NCBI GenBank assembly: GCA_964016885.1
Contig: OZ024740.1
Span: 25,978,001-26,042,000 of the forward strand
Direction: 5' to 3'
Length of the DNA stretch: 64,000 nt
Source of the DNA: Eledone cirrhosa
Taxonomy: Eukaryota
Shown: one piece after another, positions 37,520 through 50,503 of the stretch
Layout of the letters: the number at the start of each line of letters is the position of its first letter
Numbering within the stretch: the first letter of the stretch is position 1
Translations under genes and position numbers: made by a program
The notes under the pieces: generated by a model
The model's input: only the letters and a program-made list of their open reading frames with translations
Databases searched by the model: none
What the model was told of the DNA's origin: nothing

Positions 37520-40500
37520 ATGACCTCACTCAGAATAGGCAGCATAAATGCGCGTGGCTTGGGGTCGTCATGGAAGCAGGGTCACCTGCTCAACGACCTC
37601 AGGTCACTAAACATAGATGTAGTGGCCATCAGCGAGACCAGAATCTCCGAAGCACGGGCCTTCGCACCGATCTTCGGCGGCTACGATGTGTACGCATCTC
37701 CCAGCCGTCCTGGATCCGGTGGAGGAGTTGCTGTGCTTTTTCGGAGAGGTTTGGATCTCGCCATACGGGCCATCTTCCTGGACCCAGAGGGTAAGCTGGT
37801 GGTGCTGGACGTGACCAGCGGAGACGGGCAAGCTTTCAGGCTAGTGGCCGTCTATGCCCCGACAGGAGCAGGGCGGCCTGATTTCTTCCGGCGTCTGGAG
37901 ACCTTTCTTGGAACGTCCCGCTCTTTAGTGTTAGTGGGCGACTGGAACGGGATCTTAGATGCACGCTGGGACTGTGTGGGATTAGCGGATAGGGGTGGAG
38001 GGTGCAAGAGCCTCACCAACCTGCTCAGGCGTTTTGAACTGTCTGACAGGTACCGATTGGATTTCCCGAATGTGCCAATGTGGACTTGGACAAACCGCAT
38101 AGGGTCATCCAGATCATATCTAGATAGAGTATTTTGTAGGGAAATAGATAGGTCTAGCATAGGCTGTCCACAATTCAAGATAGTCAGCTACACGGACCAC
38201 AAATTCGTGACCTGTGTGCTTGACTTAGATAGGCTTCATAGACGAGGACCCGGCTACTGGAAGCTAAACGCGTCCTTACCAGCGCGCAAGGCCTACAGAG
38301 ACCGGATTAGCGAACTAGTTAAGCGGGCGTTGACGGGGGCCATCATCAACAACAAATGGTGGTTTGCTCTGAAAAGAGCGATTAGAATAGAATCGATTAG
38401 GTTTAGTAAGGCTTTAGCAATAGAGAAAAATAGAGCAGAGGGAGAACTAGTTAGAAAATTAGACGAGGCGCTTAGCAAAGGCATTGCGACCGACGTGCTT
38501 GCGGCGAAATTGGCCCTTGACCAATTCTTCAATGCAAAGCACGAAGGCTGCGTTGTCAGAGCTAGGGTGCGTGCTCTCAGACACGAGGGGACGAAAGCCG
38601 TTCAATGGGCCCGAGTGGCGGAGGCGCGTCATGGTTTGGATGGTCTGCCCTATGAACTTTACGTACAGATGCCAGACTTGTTCGGAGGCCTCTTGGCGGA
38701 CGTCTACTGCAACTGGCAACAGAACGGGAGAATTCCCAGTTCTGTGAGCCGAGGAGCGGTGGCACTGCTGAGAAAGGATCCGAACAAGGGGGATAACATA
38801 GACAATTTCCGGCCCATAACTCTGCTAAACACAGAGTTTAAGATTTTGGCCAAGGTGCTAGCAAAGAGGTTGGCGCTTGTCGTTGGTGGTCTGGTGGGAG
38901 AGGCGCAGACATGCGCCATTCCCGACAGATCCATCCACGACAACCTCCACCTCATGCGATACATCGTAGAGAGGGTAGCTAGGGAACCTGGCACGGGTGG
39001 GTCCTTGATCAATTTAGATCAGTCGAAAGCTTTCGATAGGGTCGACCATCGTTACCTAGCGGCAGTCCTGAGGGCGGCTGGCTTTGGGCCCGTCTTCAGA
39101 GGCTGGATCGCTGCCATGCACAGCGACATCTGCTCTGTAGTGAGAGTGAACGGTCACCTGTCGGAACCGTTCAACATCATGCGCTCGGTCCGCCAAGGAT
39201 GTCCCCTCTCGTCCCTCTTGTACGTATTGACTCTCGAGCCATTACTGCACAAACTGGAGACGTTGAGGGGAGTCCCGCGCGAACTAGGATGCGGAAGATC
39301 CGTGTCAGCATATGCGGACGATGTCACCGTAGTGGTGTCGAACGCCAAACACATCGAGGCGATCGGCACTACACTAAGAGAATACGAAGCGGTGACAGGA
39401 GCAATGATCAACCAGGAAAAGTCAGTGGGCCTGCAGCTCGGCACCTGGAGAGGCAGGTCCATGCCGTCCAACAGCGTCGTCGGGCGCTGGACGGACGGAC
39501 CGGTTAAATTGCTAGGGGTCTGGTTCGGTCCGGACCTCCAGACGGACAAAAACTGGGACGAGGTGACGAGCAGGGTGGCTTCTCTCACCCAGAAATGGGC
39601 GGAGAGGAAGCTATCCCTGAAAGGTCGAGCGGAGGTGGCTAACGCGTACATCGCGTCTGTCATCTGCTACCGCCTAACCGTCGTACCTTGTCCTAAGCCT
39701 CGCCTGACTGCGCTGGAGCGTTTGCTCTTTCGCTTTTTGTGGAAGGGACGTGCTCCGATGGTCAGGCGGTCCATCTGTTGTCAACACCCGCTACGTGGAG
39801 GGCTGGGCATGCCGTGGCTGATGATGCGCAGGCACGCGCTCAGGCTACGACATCTCCACCTCTTCCTCGACGGTGATCAGGTGTGGTCGCCGTTTGCTAG
39901 ACGCGTTTTTCCCCAGCTCGTTTCCTTGACGGAGCTGCAGTCCTGGGTCAAGCGAAGACCGAGAGGGAGCGCCTGGAGACTGGAATGTCTTCAGGCGCTC
40001 ACAGCCCTCGACCAATCGGGCAATGTGATCGGTGGAAACTCCACCTCGGCGTTCTATAGAGGATTAGTGGAGGGGAAGAGCGACGACGTACTTGGGGAAA
40101 CTCTAGGCGTCGACGAAAATCAACTAGCCAATCTCTTCGGAAGAACTTTCGGGCCAGGGCCTATGGACAACTTCCAGAAATCTCTGGCCTGGCAGTGCTA
40201 CCGAGGAGCCTTGCCAGTTCGGGATAAACTCTACAGGCATGGAGGTGCCGTCAGCCGGGCATGTCCGAGATGCGCGCAGGGCGACGAAACCGTCCTGCAC
40301 GCACTCGTCCAGTGTCCGAAAATTGCTGACTTGTGGGTTTATGTCGAACACCTGCTGTCGCGTTTAGGACGGATCCAGCTATCATCTGAGTCTATCGTGA
40401 GGATTGCCCCGCCCTCCTCCTTTAGCCGGGAAGGGCAGGCAGTTTTTATCTGTCTGGTGGCCATGGCGAAAGAGATAGTATGGTGGACACGTTTGAAAGG

Positions 40501-40678
40501 GCTGAAGACGAGCACTTACCTCTTCGGTGATGCTCTGATTGACTTTTTCAAATTTCATTTGAAAAGGAAAATCAGAGTAGAGAAGGAAGTGCTCTCTTCC
40601 CAGCATTTTGTTGAAAGATGGGTGAGAGAAGCAAGAATGGCCCGAGTGAATGGGCCGACTCTGAGTATATATCTGTAA
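37520..40678 (+). CDS. LINE ORF2: APE endonuclease, reverse transcriptase, C-terminal zinc finger (in-frame 261-bp deletion versus copy 1)
   Basis: SINARGL, SETR, GDWN, SYLDR, TDH; NFRPITLLN, KAFDRV, RQGCPLS, YADD; CPRCAQGDETVLHALVQC. Confidence 0.93.
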   Translation: MTSLRIGSINARGLGSSWKQGHLLNDLRSLNIDVVAISETRISEARAFAPIFGGYDVYASPSRPGSGGGVAVLFRRGLDLAIRAIFLDPEGKLVVLDVTSGDGQAFRLVAVYAPTGAGRPDFFRRLETFLGTSRSLVLVGDWNGILDARWDCVGLADRGGGCKSLTNLLRRFELSDRYRLDFPNVPMWTWTNRIGSSRSYLDRVFCREIDRSSIGCPQFKIVSYTDHKFVTCVLDLDRLHRRGPGYWKLNASLPARKAYRDRISELVKRALTGAIINNKWWFALKRAIRIESIRFSKALAIEKNRAEGELVRKLDEALSKGIATDVLAAKLALDQFFNAKHEGCVVRARVRALRHEGTKAVQWARVAEARHGLDGLPYELYVQMPDLFGGLLADVYCNWQQNGRIPSSVSRGAVALLRKDPNKGDNIDNFRPITLLNTEFKILAKVLAKRLALVVGGLVGEAQTCAIPDRSIHDNLHLMRYIVERVAREPGTGGSLINLDQSKAFDRVDHRYLAAVLRAAGFGPVFRGWIAAMHSDICSVVRVNGHLSEPFNIMRSVRQGCPLSSLLYVLTLEPLLHKLETLRGVPRELGCGRSVSAYADDVTVVVSNAKHIEAIGTTLREYEAVTGAMINQEKSVGLQLGTWRGRSMPSNSVVGRWTDGPVKLLGVWFGPDLQTDKNWDEVTSRVASLTQKWAERKLSLKGRAEVANAYIASVICYRLTVVPCPKPRLTALERLLFRFLWKGRAPMVRRSICCQHPLRGGLGMPWLMMRRHALRLRHLHLFLDGDQVWSPFARRVFPQLVSLTELQSWVKRRPRGSAWRLECLQALTALDQSGNVIGGNSTSAFYRGLVEGKSDDVLGETLGVDENQLANLFGRTFGPGPMDNFQKSLAWQCYRGALPVRDKLYRHGGAVSRACPRCAQGDETVLHALVQCPKIADLWVYVEHLLSRLGRIQLSSESIVRIAPPSSFSREGQAVFICLVAMAKEIVWWTRLKGLKTSTYLFGDALIDFFKFHLKRKIRVEKEVLSSQHFVERWVREARMARVNGPTLSIYL

Positions 40679-40942
40679 ACTAAAGGTGGAAAACTGGGAG
40701 AGGGCACTTGCCCTGGTGGTCAGGGTCATTGTGGCTTTTTACTGGGCTTTCTCCACAAATGTCCCTCCGAAGTCTCCCCCCTATTGGGGAATTTTTTTTT
40801 CATTGTTATTTTCATTGTTATTTTTGTTACATCCTCTGTTTTTGTTTTTTTACACGCAGAAATGCCCATTTGTACCGTCCTGCATTGTCCTGCACTGTCC
40901 TTAATGTCTACTTTATGTAAACCCTTGTGGTTAATAAAGAAA

Positions 40943-41007
<65 letters not shown>

Positions 41008-41008
<1 letters not shown>

Positions 41009-41264
41009 CTTGAATCTCAGTCATTGATGTTGGTTAACTGGAAAGTCCGTTGGATTGAATATCAAGCCACTACCTGCAGCCTCAGATATTCAGGACGTAT
41101 CGGAGGGTTCTTGCTGTTCCAAGCAAGCATGCTTTTTGAAGCGTTCCAAAAAGCGTGAAGGGGCCGATTTTCTTTAACCATCCCTGGAAACCTTTGGAGA
41201 TAGTCCCCAGTGCGCCTATGACAATCGGGATCACTTTGACTTCATGGCAGTTCCAAATCCTTTT
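41008..41264 (-). mobile_element. Dong family I copy C, ~260-bp 3' fragment
   Basis: Near-identical to the 3' ends of copies B, D and F. Flanked by (TAA)n. Confidence 0.9.
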
Positions 41265-41285
41265 ATTATTATTGTTATTGTTATT

Positions 41286-44200
41286 CCTTGAATCTCAGTC
41301 ATTGATGTTGGTTAACTGGAAAGTCCGTTGGATTGAATATCAAGCCACTACCTGCAGCCTCAGATATTCAGGACGTATCGGAGGGTTCTTGCTGTTCCAA
41401 GCAAGCATGCCTTTTGAAGCGTTCCAAAAAGCGTGAAGGGGCCGATTTTCTTTAACCATCCGTGGAAACATTTGGAGATAGTCCCCAGTGCGCCTATGAC
41501 AATCGGGATCACTTTGACTTCATGTCAGTTCCAAATCCTTTTCACCTCCCACTTTAGGTCCTGGTATCGGTTAATTTTCTCCCTCTCCTTCTCTTGCACT
41601 CTCGTGTCGAACGGGCAGGCCACATCCACAATCAGGCACGACCTTTTTTCTTTGTCCACAACCACCAGGTCAGGTCTATTGTGTTCCAGTTTTTTGTCCG
41701 TCTGTATCCTAAAATCCCACAGCACCTTCACCTGATTGTTCTCCATCACCGCCTCTGGCCTATGCTCATACCATTTCTCAGAATGTGGTAGATTGTTTAC
41801 TTTGCACAGGTGCCAGTGGATCACCCTGCCCATCACATCGTGTCTCCAGCCCTTATAGTGGGTCTGGGCTAGGTGTTTACACTCGGACACAATGTGAGCC
41901 ACAGTCTCCTCTCTCTCTCCACAGATCCTGCACAGTGGGCTAGCCTCCTCCTTGTAGATATGGTGCTTCAACCACTTCGTTTTGAGGGCCTGCTCCTGCG
42001 CAGCCATTAGCATTCCTTCTGTAGCCTTTTTGAGGTCTCCTCTTCTCAACCAGTTCCATGTCTGTGGATCTCTAAATTCATTTTTCTAGGAAGTGCTATG
42101 AAGGGATTTTCCCTTAAGGCTGCTCTTCCTCCTTGATGTTATTTCCTCCTTGGACATCCCCTGGCCTACTGTCCCCTCCTTCAGTACAGTTCTGAGCATT
42201 GGCTCCTTACTATAGGTCACGTATTTGTATAGGTTGTTTTTCTCCATCTGAACACAGTCCTCTATGCTGATAAGACCTCTTCCACCCTCAGATCTCCTTA
42301 AGTAGAGTCTATCGACATCACTCCTCTTGTGGAACATGTTGTAGATAGTCAATAGCTTCCTAGTCTTCCTATCCATTTCTTTTTGTTCAGCAACATTCCA
42401 TCTCAGAATTCCCGCACTGTACCTAATAATAGACACAGCTCGGGAATTTACTGCGCTTATGGCATTTCTGCTGTTCAGATGTGACTTCAATACGCTTCTT
42501 ACTCTCCGAATGTATTCAGTTCTTAACAATTCCTTCATTTTTTTGTTCTTTATGCCATCAGCCTCCAGAACGCCCAAATACTTGTATCCTTCCTCAGAGT
42601 CAATTTCCTTTATCATCTCACCTGTTGGTATCTGGATCCCGTTACTTCTGCTCAACCTACCCCTCTTCATCACAATGACTCCACATTTACCAATACCAAA
42701 CTGCATACATATATCACTGCTGAAAATACGGACAGTGTCAACAAGCACATCCAACTCCTTCTCACTTTTCCCGAAGAGCTTAAGATCGTCCATGAACAGG
42801 AGGTGATTGATGGTAAGCTCTCCCCTTCCCAACTTGTATCCTGCTCTCACTTTTCGCAGCATAATGGTCAAGGGCATCAGGGCAAGGACAAACAACAGAG
42901 GGGACAGGCTATCTCCCTGGAAGATACCTCTCTTGATCTTCACGCTTCCCAAGGATACTCCAGTTGATGTCAACTCTGTCTCCCAGGACCCCATACTCCT
43001 GCCCAGCAACTGTCTGATGTTATCTGCCACCCTGAAGACCTCCAGTCTTTTGGTGATCCAGGAATGAGGCACCATGTCAAATGCCTTTCTGTAGTCTATC
43101 CATCCCATGGCAAGATCAGTGTGTCTCCTCCTGCAATTCCCCATTACCATCTTATCAATAAGCAACTGGTCCTTTGTACCACGTGACTTCTTTCGGCATC
43201 CTTTCTGTTCGTCCGGTAACAAGTTGTTTGTGTGGAGGTGATGGTAGAGATCCTCAGACACAATGCTCGTCAACAGTTTCCACATTACGGGCAGACATGT
43301 GATAGGTCTATAGTTGGTAACATCATTACCCTTGATTCGGTCTTTCATTATCAGAACTGTGGTACCTTTTGTCAACCACTCTGGCACCTCACCCGACACC
43401 AAGCAGTCATTGAACATGGCCGTCAGCTTCGGGTGGAGGGATGTTAAATGTTTAATCCAATACCCCTGCACACCATCTGGGCCTGGTGATTTCCAGTTGG
43501 TTAGTTTTTTGGCCTGCCCCTTAAGAGTTTCAACTGTGATACTCAAATCAGTCTGTTGTTGTGCCTTCTCACCGATCTCCCTCTGTACTGTCTCAATCCA
43601 CCCTGCCTGGGCATTGTGTCTAACATCCTGCTCCCATATTCCTCTCCAGAATGTTTTAGCTTGTTCCGCCCCAGGGATCAAGTCGTTGCCTCTTTCTTTC
43701 CCCTCAAGCTGTCCAAACAGCATCTTCTGGTTGTTGTCGAACATGCGGTTCTGTTTATACTGACTGACTCTGTTCTCGTATCGCCTGATTTTGGCACTCT
43801 TTGCTACAATGCGTTGCTTCAATTCCTCTATGATAATATTTAGCTTTTTACTCCTAGTTTTGTATTTTATTTCCAGTCTATTTTTAGTGCCTATGTTTTT
43901 TAGTGTCCCATTCAGTAGTGACTCAAGCTTTCCTATGTCATTTCTCATTTCCCCGATTTGCCCACTCAGTCGCTTCTTCCACCACGGCTCTGCTCTTTCT
44001 TGTCTGTTGTTTCCTCTCGCTTTTATACCAAGTAGTTTCCTCACCGTATTTGCTGCTGCTTTGAGGATATTGTTGCACTGGTGAAGACTCCTCGCCTCAA
44101 GGTATGGGATGACTTTGTTTACCTTAGCTGTTGTTTCTTTTAACTTTTTCCTGTCTACAAATCTTAGGTTCATAGGTCTCCCACTATCATTGTTCAATTC

Positions 44201-45839
44201 ATCTACCACTAGATTTAGGATGTCAACCGAATCTTGTCCTAGCCCGTCAGCATTCATCTCCTCAGTGGCCGTATCTCTGTTCCAGGTATTATTTATCTCA
44301 GTATTCAGATCATTGTCTGCTTCGGGTGGTTCCTCCGTTCTCAGGACCTCCTCACCTTCATTTCCCACCGGCTCGCTTTTCTGGCATACTACACCCGCCA
44401 TCTCCAAGCCATTCTCTCTGCTGAGTTCCTCCAGTTCCAGCTCGCTTATCCACCCATTAGTTCTTATTACCCGAGCCTGCCCGGCCAATTTTTGTTCATC
44501 TAATTTAAATAAACCAATCTCGTTCCAGATGTTATGCATCCGTCTCCTGTAGCCCCTCTCCTTGGGGTTACTTTTCAGGTAGCATTGCATAACAGTTCTA
44601 TTCAATTCTTTCGTCCAGTTGGTTCTGGCCCCTTTCCTTCTTCTTCTTCCTCCAACATCAGCAGTATTTGGTTGACAGTCAGGTTCCTGCTGCTGAGCCA
44701 GGGGGCACCTGTTGGGTGAGAGTCTGTCACATGACGTTCTAGTCTCCATTTCACCGTTATTCGAACTGTTTATGTTCGATATTTAAACACTCTTATCGAG
44801 GATTGGCGAATGTATGTTTACATAGCCATCTGTGGATCCGCCATCCCACTTGGCCCTTGTGTGGCATTATCACCACGCTGTATACGAACACACATAAACA
44901 AACAAACACACGGGCAGAAAGGGCCCCAAAAATGGATAAGCATAAGTTTCATTGTAATGTAGTATTCGAATGTCTGACTTAGTTTTTGTTTTTTAAGTTT
45001 TACTTTTTCCCCCCTCTTCTCTGTCCGTCCGCCTGCTTCCCTCTTCATTCTTATTTTCTTTACGTTTTGGGGGTTTCTTTTTTTTGTTTTTGTTTTTCTC
45101 TGTTTGTTTTTCTCGTTTTTTGCTGTTGTTGCTGTGCTGCTTTGGTTTTGTTGTTTGTTTTTTCTTTTTTCTTTTGAGTCTATCTATATATTTTGATGCC
45201 TTCCTCTTTGTTAGTAGTAGGGATTCTATAATGTGGAAGTAGTAGTAGCAGCCAGCAGGGAGAAGTGGGAGAGGGCGGCGTTGGCGATACTGAGACAGTG
45301 GTGGTGGTGATGTCGATACCGAGGCAGTGGTGGCGGTGATGCGACCGTATTACTGTAGTGATGGTGCTGTAGCGGTGGCAGCAGCAGTGAAGGAGTCAAG
45401 GGGTGGTGGCGGCGGTGATGGGATAGTGGTGGTAATGATGGCCGTAGTGAGCGGTGGCGGTGAAGGTGAAAATGCTGTTGTGTTTAGTGTACACAGATGA
45501 TGGGGTGGATGGTGTATCTAGTTTCTGGTGTTGGTGAGTTTAGCTGTCCTATATAGTGTAGCCAGAGGAGAGGAAGGGGGGGGGGGTTCTTCTTCTTCCA
45601 TTTATAGCCATTTTTTTTTTTTTTTTTGGATATACAGTGTACAATACAAAGTTGAATATTTGAATATTTGAGCCTTATAACAATATATTTTGGGTCCGAA
45701 TTTTTTGGGGCTCAAGCCGGGTGCTTTACGTAGCATTTGTACTAAGAGTTGTTATTTCACAAATGATTTAAATATGTTAAAAATTCAAAACTTACGGGAG
45801 CGATTTCATGACCTCCGTCACCTCGTGCGTCTTCTTCCC

Positions 45840-45840
<1 letters not shown>
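41286..45840 (-). mobile_element. Dong family I copy D, full length
   Basis: Single long ORF with an ~1.1-kb 5' region. Flanked by (TAA)n. Confidence 0.92.
41360..44749 (-). pseudogene. Dong RT-CCHC-RLE polyprotein with two in-frame stops (42086, 41525)
   Basis: R4-type N-terminus WTKELN..CY...EQKLAGQARVI; [20 protein letters not shown]; RHD, NRPD. ORFs 42086-44749 and 41525-42049 are in the same frame. Confidence 0.9.
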
Positions 45841-45890
<50 letters not shown>

Positions 45891-45891
<1 letters not shown>

Positions 45892-48800
45892 AGTTGCATT
45901 TATCTTGCTTTATGTTCATACGAGTTATCACCAAGTCACAACCAGTGACCTCAAGAGACAACAAGGTCCGCCATGTTCAAGAAAGAACATACATACTCAC
46001 ACATGCATCTTTAGTGTTTAGACTTGTGATGTACTTATATTGACAGAATATTCCTTAGTATATGGGCAGTTCCCATTAGTACTATCTTTTGTTTTTCTCC
46101 GATACGCGGGTTTCCTGGGATTTGCGATAAGTAATCATTAGACCCCTTAGGTATCATTCCCAGAGCGCCTACAACCACTGGTATTGTTTTAGTTCTCAAT
46201 TTCCACATTTTTCCAATTTCTATCTCCAGGTCCTTATACTTGCTCAATTTTTCAAATGTTTTTATAGATACATTCTTGTCTATTGGAACAGACATATCAA
46301 TTAGCAGGCATACCCTCTTTTTGAAGTCCTTCAATATTATATCAGGTCTATTTGCATCTATTTTTCGGTCTGTTTGGATGCTAAAGTTCCACAAGATTGA
46401 GATGTGATCTTTTTCAAGTATGGGAGGTGGTTGATGCTCCCACCAATTCTTTTGATGGGGCAGGTCAATATGCTTACACATTATCCAATGTATGTATTGT
46501 GCAGCTCTGTCATGCCTGTTTAGGTATTCGGTTGGAGCTATAGGACTGCACATTGAAATTATATGGTCAATGGTCTCTGGTTGTTTTTTGTATACACGGC
46601 ATAATGGGCTGCATCCATTTTTTATTATGTTGGCTTGGTAATTTTTTGTTGGCAGACACTGATCTTGTGCTGATATAATCAGTCCTTCAGTCTCCGATTT
46701 CAGTCCAGAGGATGCCAACCACTGATGGGTTAAAGTTTTGTCAACATCAGGATTGTTAGCTCGCTCTGGATATTTTCCATACAGAAGCTTTTCTTGCCAT
46801 TTCTTAGCCAGTTTCTGTAGCAGTTCTTTCTTTGCAGTTACTTTTACCTGCTTCGCTTTTTCTGTGTTTTCCATTTCAGCAGTAAATGGGACTTCTGAAA
46901 TTTGTAGTCCATTACTGTATCTGTGTGCATCTTTTGTAATGGAACATGATCTTTTGATGCTTTCGTGTTTCAAAACGAGTTTGATCATCCAATGATGTGA
47001 TTCCCTTAGATATGTAGATAATCCAATTGTTGCAGTTTTCAACGCAATGTCTAACTGGATTAACCCACGTCCTCCTTCTTTCCTAGAGAGATATATTCTA
47101 TCTATATCTGCCTTAGGGTGATGCATTCTGTGCATGGTTAAGAGTTTTCAAATTTTTGTATCGAGCCTACGGATCTCTGTGCTTGACCAGTTGATGACAT
47201 TGTAACTGTAGGTTACTACTGGTATGGCCAGCGTGTTTATGGCATCGATCCTATTCCTTGCATTCAATTCCGTTCTTAAGATTGCTCTTACTCTGCGGTA
47301 ACATTCCTTCCTTATCCTTTCCCTCATTGTCGAGTGCTTGATTCCGTCTCCTTCACAAACACCTAGATATTTGTAAGTTATTTCTTGATCAAGTTCTCTT
47401 ATCACGTTCCCCCGATCAAGATTAATGTCTGAACTCTTCAGCAGCTTTCCTCTGGTGAACGTTGCTTTGGCGCATTTGTCTAGTCCAAACTCCATTTTAA
47501 TGTCATCACTGAACTGCTCCACAGTGGATAATAGCCCTTGCAATTGTTCATCATTTTTTGCAAATAGTTTCAGGTCATCCATGTAGAACAAGTGATTAAT
47601 GGTTTTGTCATAGACTTTATATCCATGTTTTGTTTCATTAAGCATTTTACTTAATGGTATAAGTGCGACGCAGAATAAAAGCGGTGATAAAGAGTCACCC
47701 TGAAAAATTCCACAATTAATATTAACTTCTCCAGCTTCCAGTGATTTTGTTTCAGTATTCAAAAGGAGTGTCGTTTTCATGTCTTCATACTGAATGACAA
47801 AAACCTCCTGACAACGGGGGATATTTTGAAAATCTCTAAACATTTTTCAATCCAACTGTGTGGCAAACTATCGAATGCTTTTTTATAATCTATCCAAGCA
47901 ATCGATAGAATTTTGCGTCTAATATGACAATCTTCCAGTATCATTTTGTTAACCAGAAGCTGATCCTTACAGCCATATGAGCCTCGTTTACACCCTTTCT
48001 GCTCAATGGGAAATAGGTCATTTGTTATCAGGTGGTCATATGTGTATTCAGTTAGGACTGATGTTAAAATTTTATACATTGTGGTCAAGCAAGTTATTGG
48101 TCTGTAATTTTTGGGATTGTTTGTCTCATCATTCTTCGGAAGCAGGAATGTAATGCTGTTAACTAGCCATGATGGTATCTTTTCTGGCTCCTTAACTATT
48201 TCATTGTAAAGTTGGGCTAACAGCTCATAAGACTCTGTGAAGGCATTTATCCAAACATTTTGTATTTTGTCTTTTCCTGGGGATTTCCATTTGCTGGTTT
48301 TTCTTAGAGCCAAGCGCAACTGTTCAACTGTTATATTTTCCCATATTTGTTCCTCAAGGTGAGCTGTATCTTTCATTTGTCTGTCTATCCATGGGGCATG
48401 CATGTTATGAACTTTTTCTTCGGCCCAGATCTTTTCCCAGAATTCTTGCACTTCCTCCTTGGGTGGTATTGATTTAGCAGTTATTGTTGACTTACCAATT
48501 TTTCTGTAGAAGTTTCTTTGGTTGTTTTTGAACATATTATTGTCCTTATCGAATCTAGAACGTTTTTCAAAGCGCCTTATACGAGCAGCTTTGGCCGACA
48601 CTTTTTGTTTGATTATTTCTATTAGCATGTCTATGTCACTTGTTGATTTTATACTGTACTTTTTGTTCAATTTTCTAAGTTTAGTTTGTTTAACATGTTC
48701 ACCTACTTTATAGTTTGTTAAAATTTCTATGTCAGATCGGAGAAGGTTTATTTGGCGATTGATGTTCTCTTGCCAAGTAGATTTCTTGTGGGAATTCCTT

Positions 48801-50381
48801 TGTTTTTTCATCTTCACTCCACATAAGTGAGTGGTGACTTTAACCGATGCATAATAGAGATGATTTAAATCAGTAATGTTTAGTTTGTTTGTGATGATAA
48901 TGTTTTTGAGAATTATGTTAGTCTTGTGTATTATCTTTTGGTTCTGTTTGGAGTTCTGGATCTTAGGGAGGGTGTCTCTTTCATTTTTATCCATTCGATC
49001 ATAATTTCATCCTTCAAGTTGGCAAGTTCATTCTCATTCATTTCTTTATCATTTACGATCTCATTATTTTCATTTGGAGTTTCATCTTGAGCATGCACTC
49101 CCTCCACTTTTTCGATCCTTTCTTTAATTTGTTCTGTTGCCAGTGATTCCGCCCCAACCCTGGGATTCGAAGTGTTACAATTTACCTCGTTTTCACTGAC
49201 ACATGTTTCATTTTCCCTTCGCTGACTTTGTGCTAATAGCTTGATCTGATCAATTTCTATATCAGTTAGTAACTTTTTTCTTACAATATTTCTTCGTATA
49301 TTGGCTAGTTTGTTGCTGTCAATATAGCCTCTGTTTTCGGGATGTTTCTTTTTCCAGTTGATATATTTCTATTCTGTATTCGATGTATTTGATGGGTAGT
49401 ACATGGCAGTGTAGAAAGCCTCAAGGAATTCTTTATTATCTTCCCTTGACCATTCTTCTCTCTTTTTCTTTGGATTTCTTGGTGGTGAGCATGGAGGGCC
49501 AACAGTAGGAGTATTCCGGTTATGGGAGGTCTCCAGCTCCGAAGTGATGGGAAGGTTTGAACCATTAGCTGATTTTTCGACCCCAGTCTGGTTCTTCTCT
49601 GAGGGACGCGGCCCTTTTTTACCCGGGTGACGGCCGATCCGGTATGAGATTTTATCATTAGACATTTACTTTATCTTGTCAATCTATTTATATCTTTTGC
49701 TAGCTTCTCCCTTGTCTAGTGATACCGCCACCTTCCCCTTTCTCTCTCAAGTTAACAGGGGAATAGTGGTGGTAGCAATGAAGGAGTGGTGGAAGCGGTG
49801 ATTGGATAGTGGTAGCAATGATGGATGGGTGGGGTGGTGGCGGCGGTGGCTTTGACGTTACTGAGTTTTGAAATATGTAGTATATATGAATGTGTGTCGC
49901 GTATGTTTAATATATATTGTGTTGACATATTCCCGTAAAATTGGGATTAAACATTTTTTTAAAAAACTTGAGACAATAATAATAGTAATTATTATTATGA
50001 TGCTGGGATTGGTGGTGGTGGTGGTGGTGAAATTGCCGTTATCTGGCTGTTATATTTAGTGTGATGGGGTAGGTGGTGTATCAAGTTTCTGGTGTTGGTG
50101 AACTTGCTGTTATTTGGCTGTTCTATATAGTGTAGACAGAGGGTGTTTTCTTCCATTTATAACCATTTTCTTTTTTGAATGCAAAATATATAATACAAAA
50201 TTGAATATTTGAGCGATATAACAATATAATATGGTTCCGAAATTTTATGGGACTTGACTCGATGGTTTATGCAACATTTGTACTAAGAATTGTTATTTCA
50301 CAATTGATTTAAATATGTTAAAAATCAAAAACTTATGGGAGCGATTTCATGACCTTCTACCACCTCGTGCGTCTTCTTCCC
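45891..50381 (-). mobile_element. R4/Dong-clade RLE retrotransposon, family II (copy E), full length, frameshifted
   Basis: ORF pieces 49369-49665, 47777-48994, 47148-47843 and 46035-47135 with [28 protein letters not shown]. Protein is clearly divergent from family I. Confidence 0.9.
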
Positions 50382-50499
<118 letters not shown>

Positions 50500-50503
50500 T
50501 ATT

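Larger units (their letters stand above)
35172..40944 (+). mobile_element. L1/Tx1-type LINE copy 2, both frames open, flanked by (ATT)n
   Basis: ORF1 plus ORF2 separated by 35 nt, a short 3' UTR with AATAAA, and an (ATT)n tail. Confidence 0.93.

Noticed and set aside
41525-41527. TGA at a Cys position in Dong copy D as Sec or readthrough
   Set aside because: Copies A, B, C and F have TGC here, so it is a point mutation or sequencing error.
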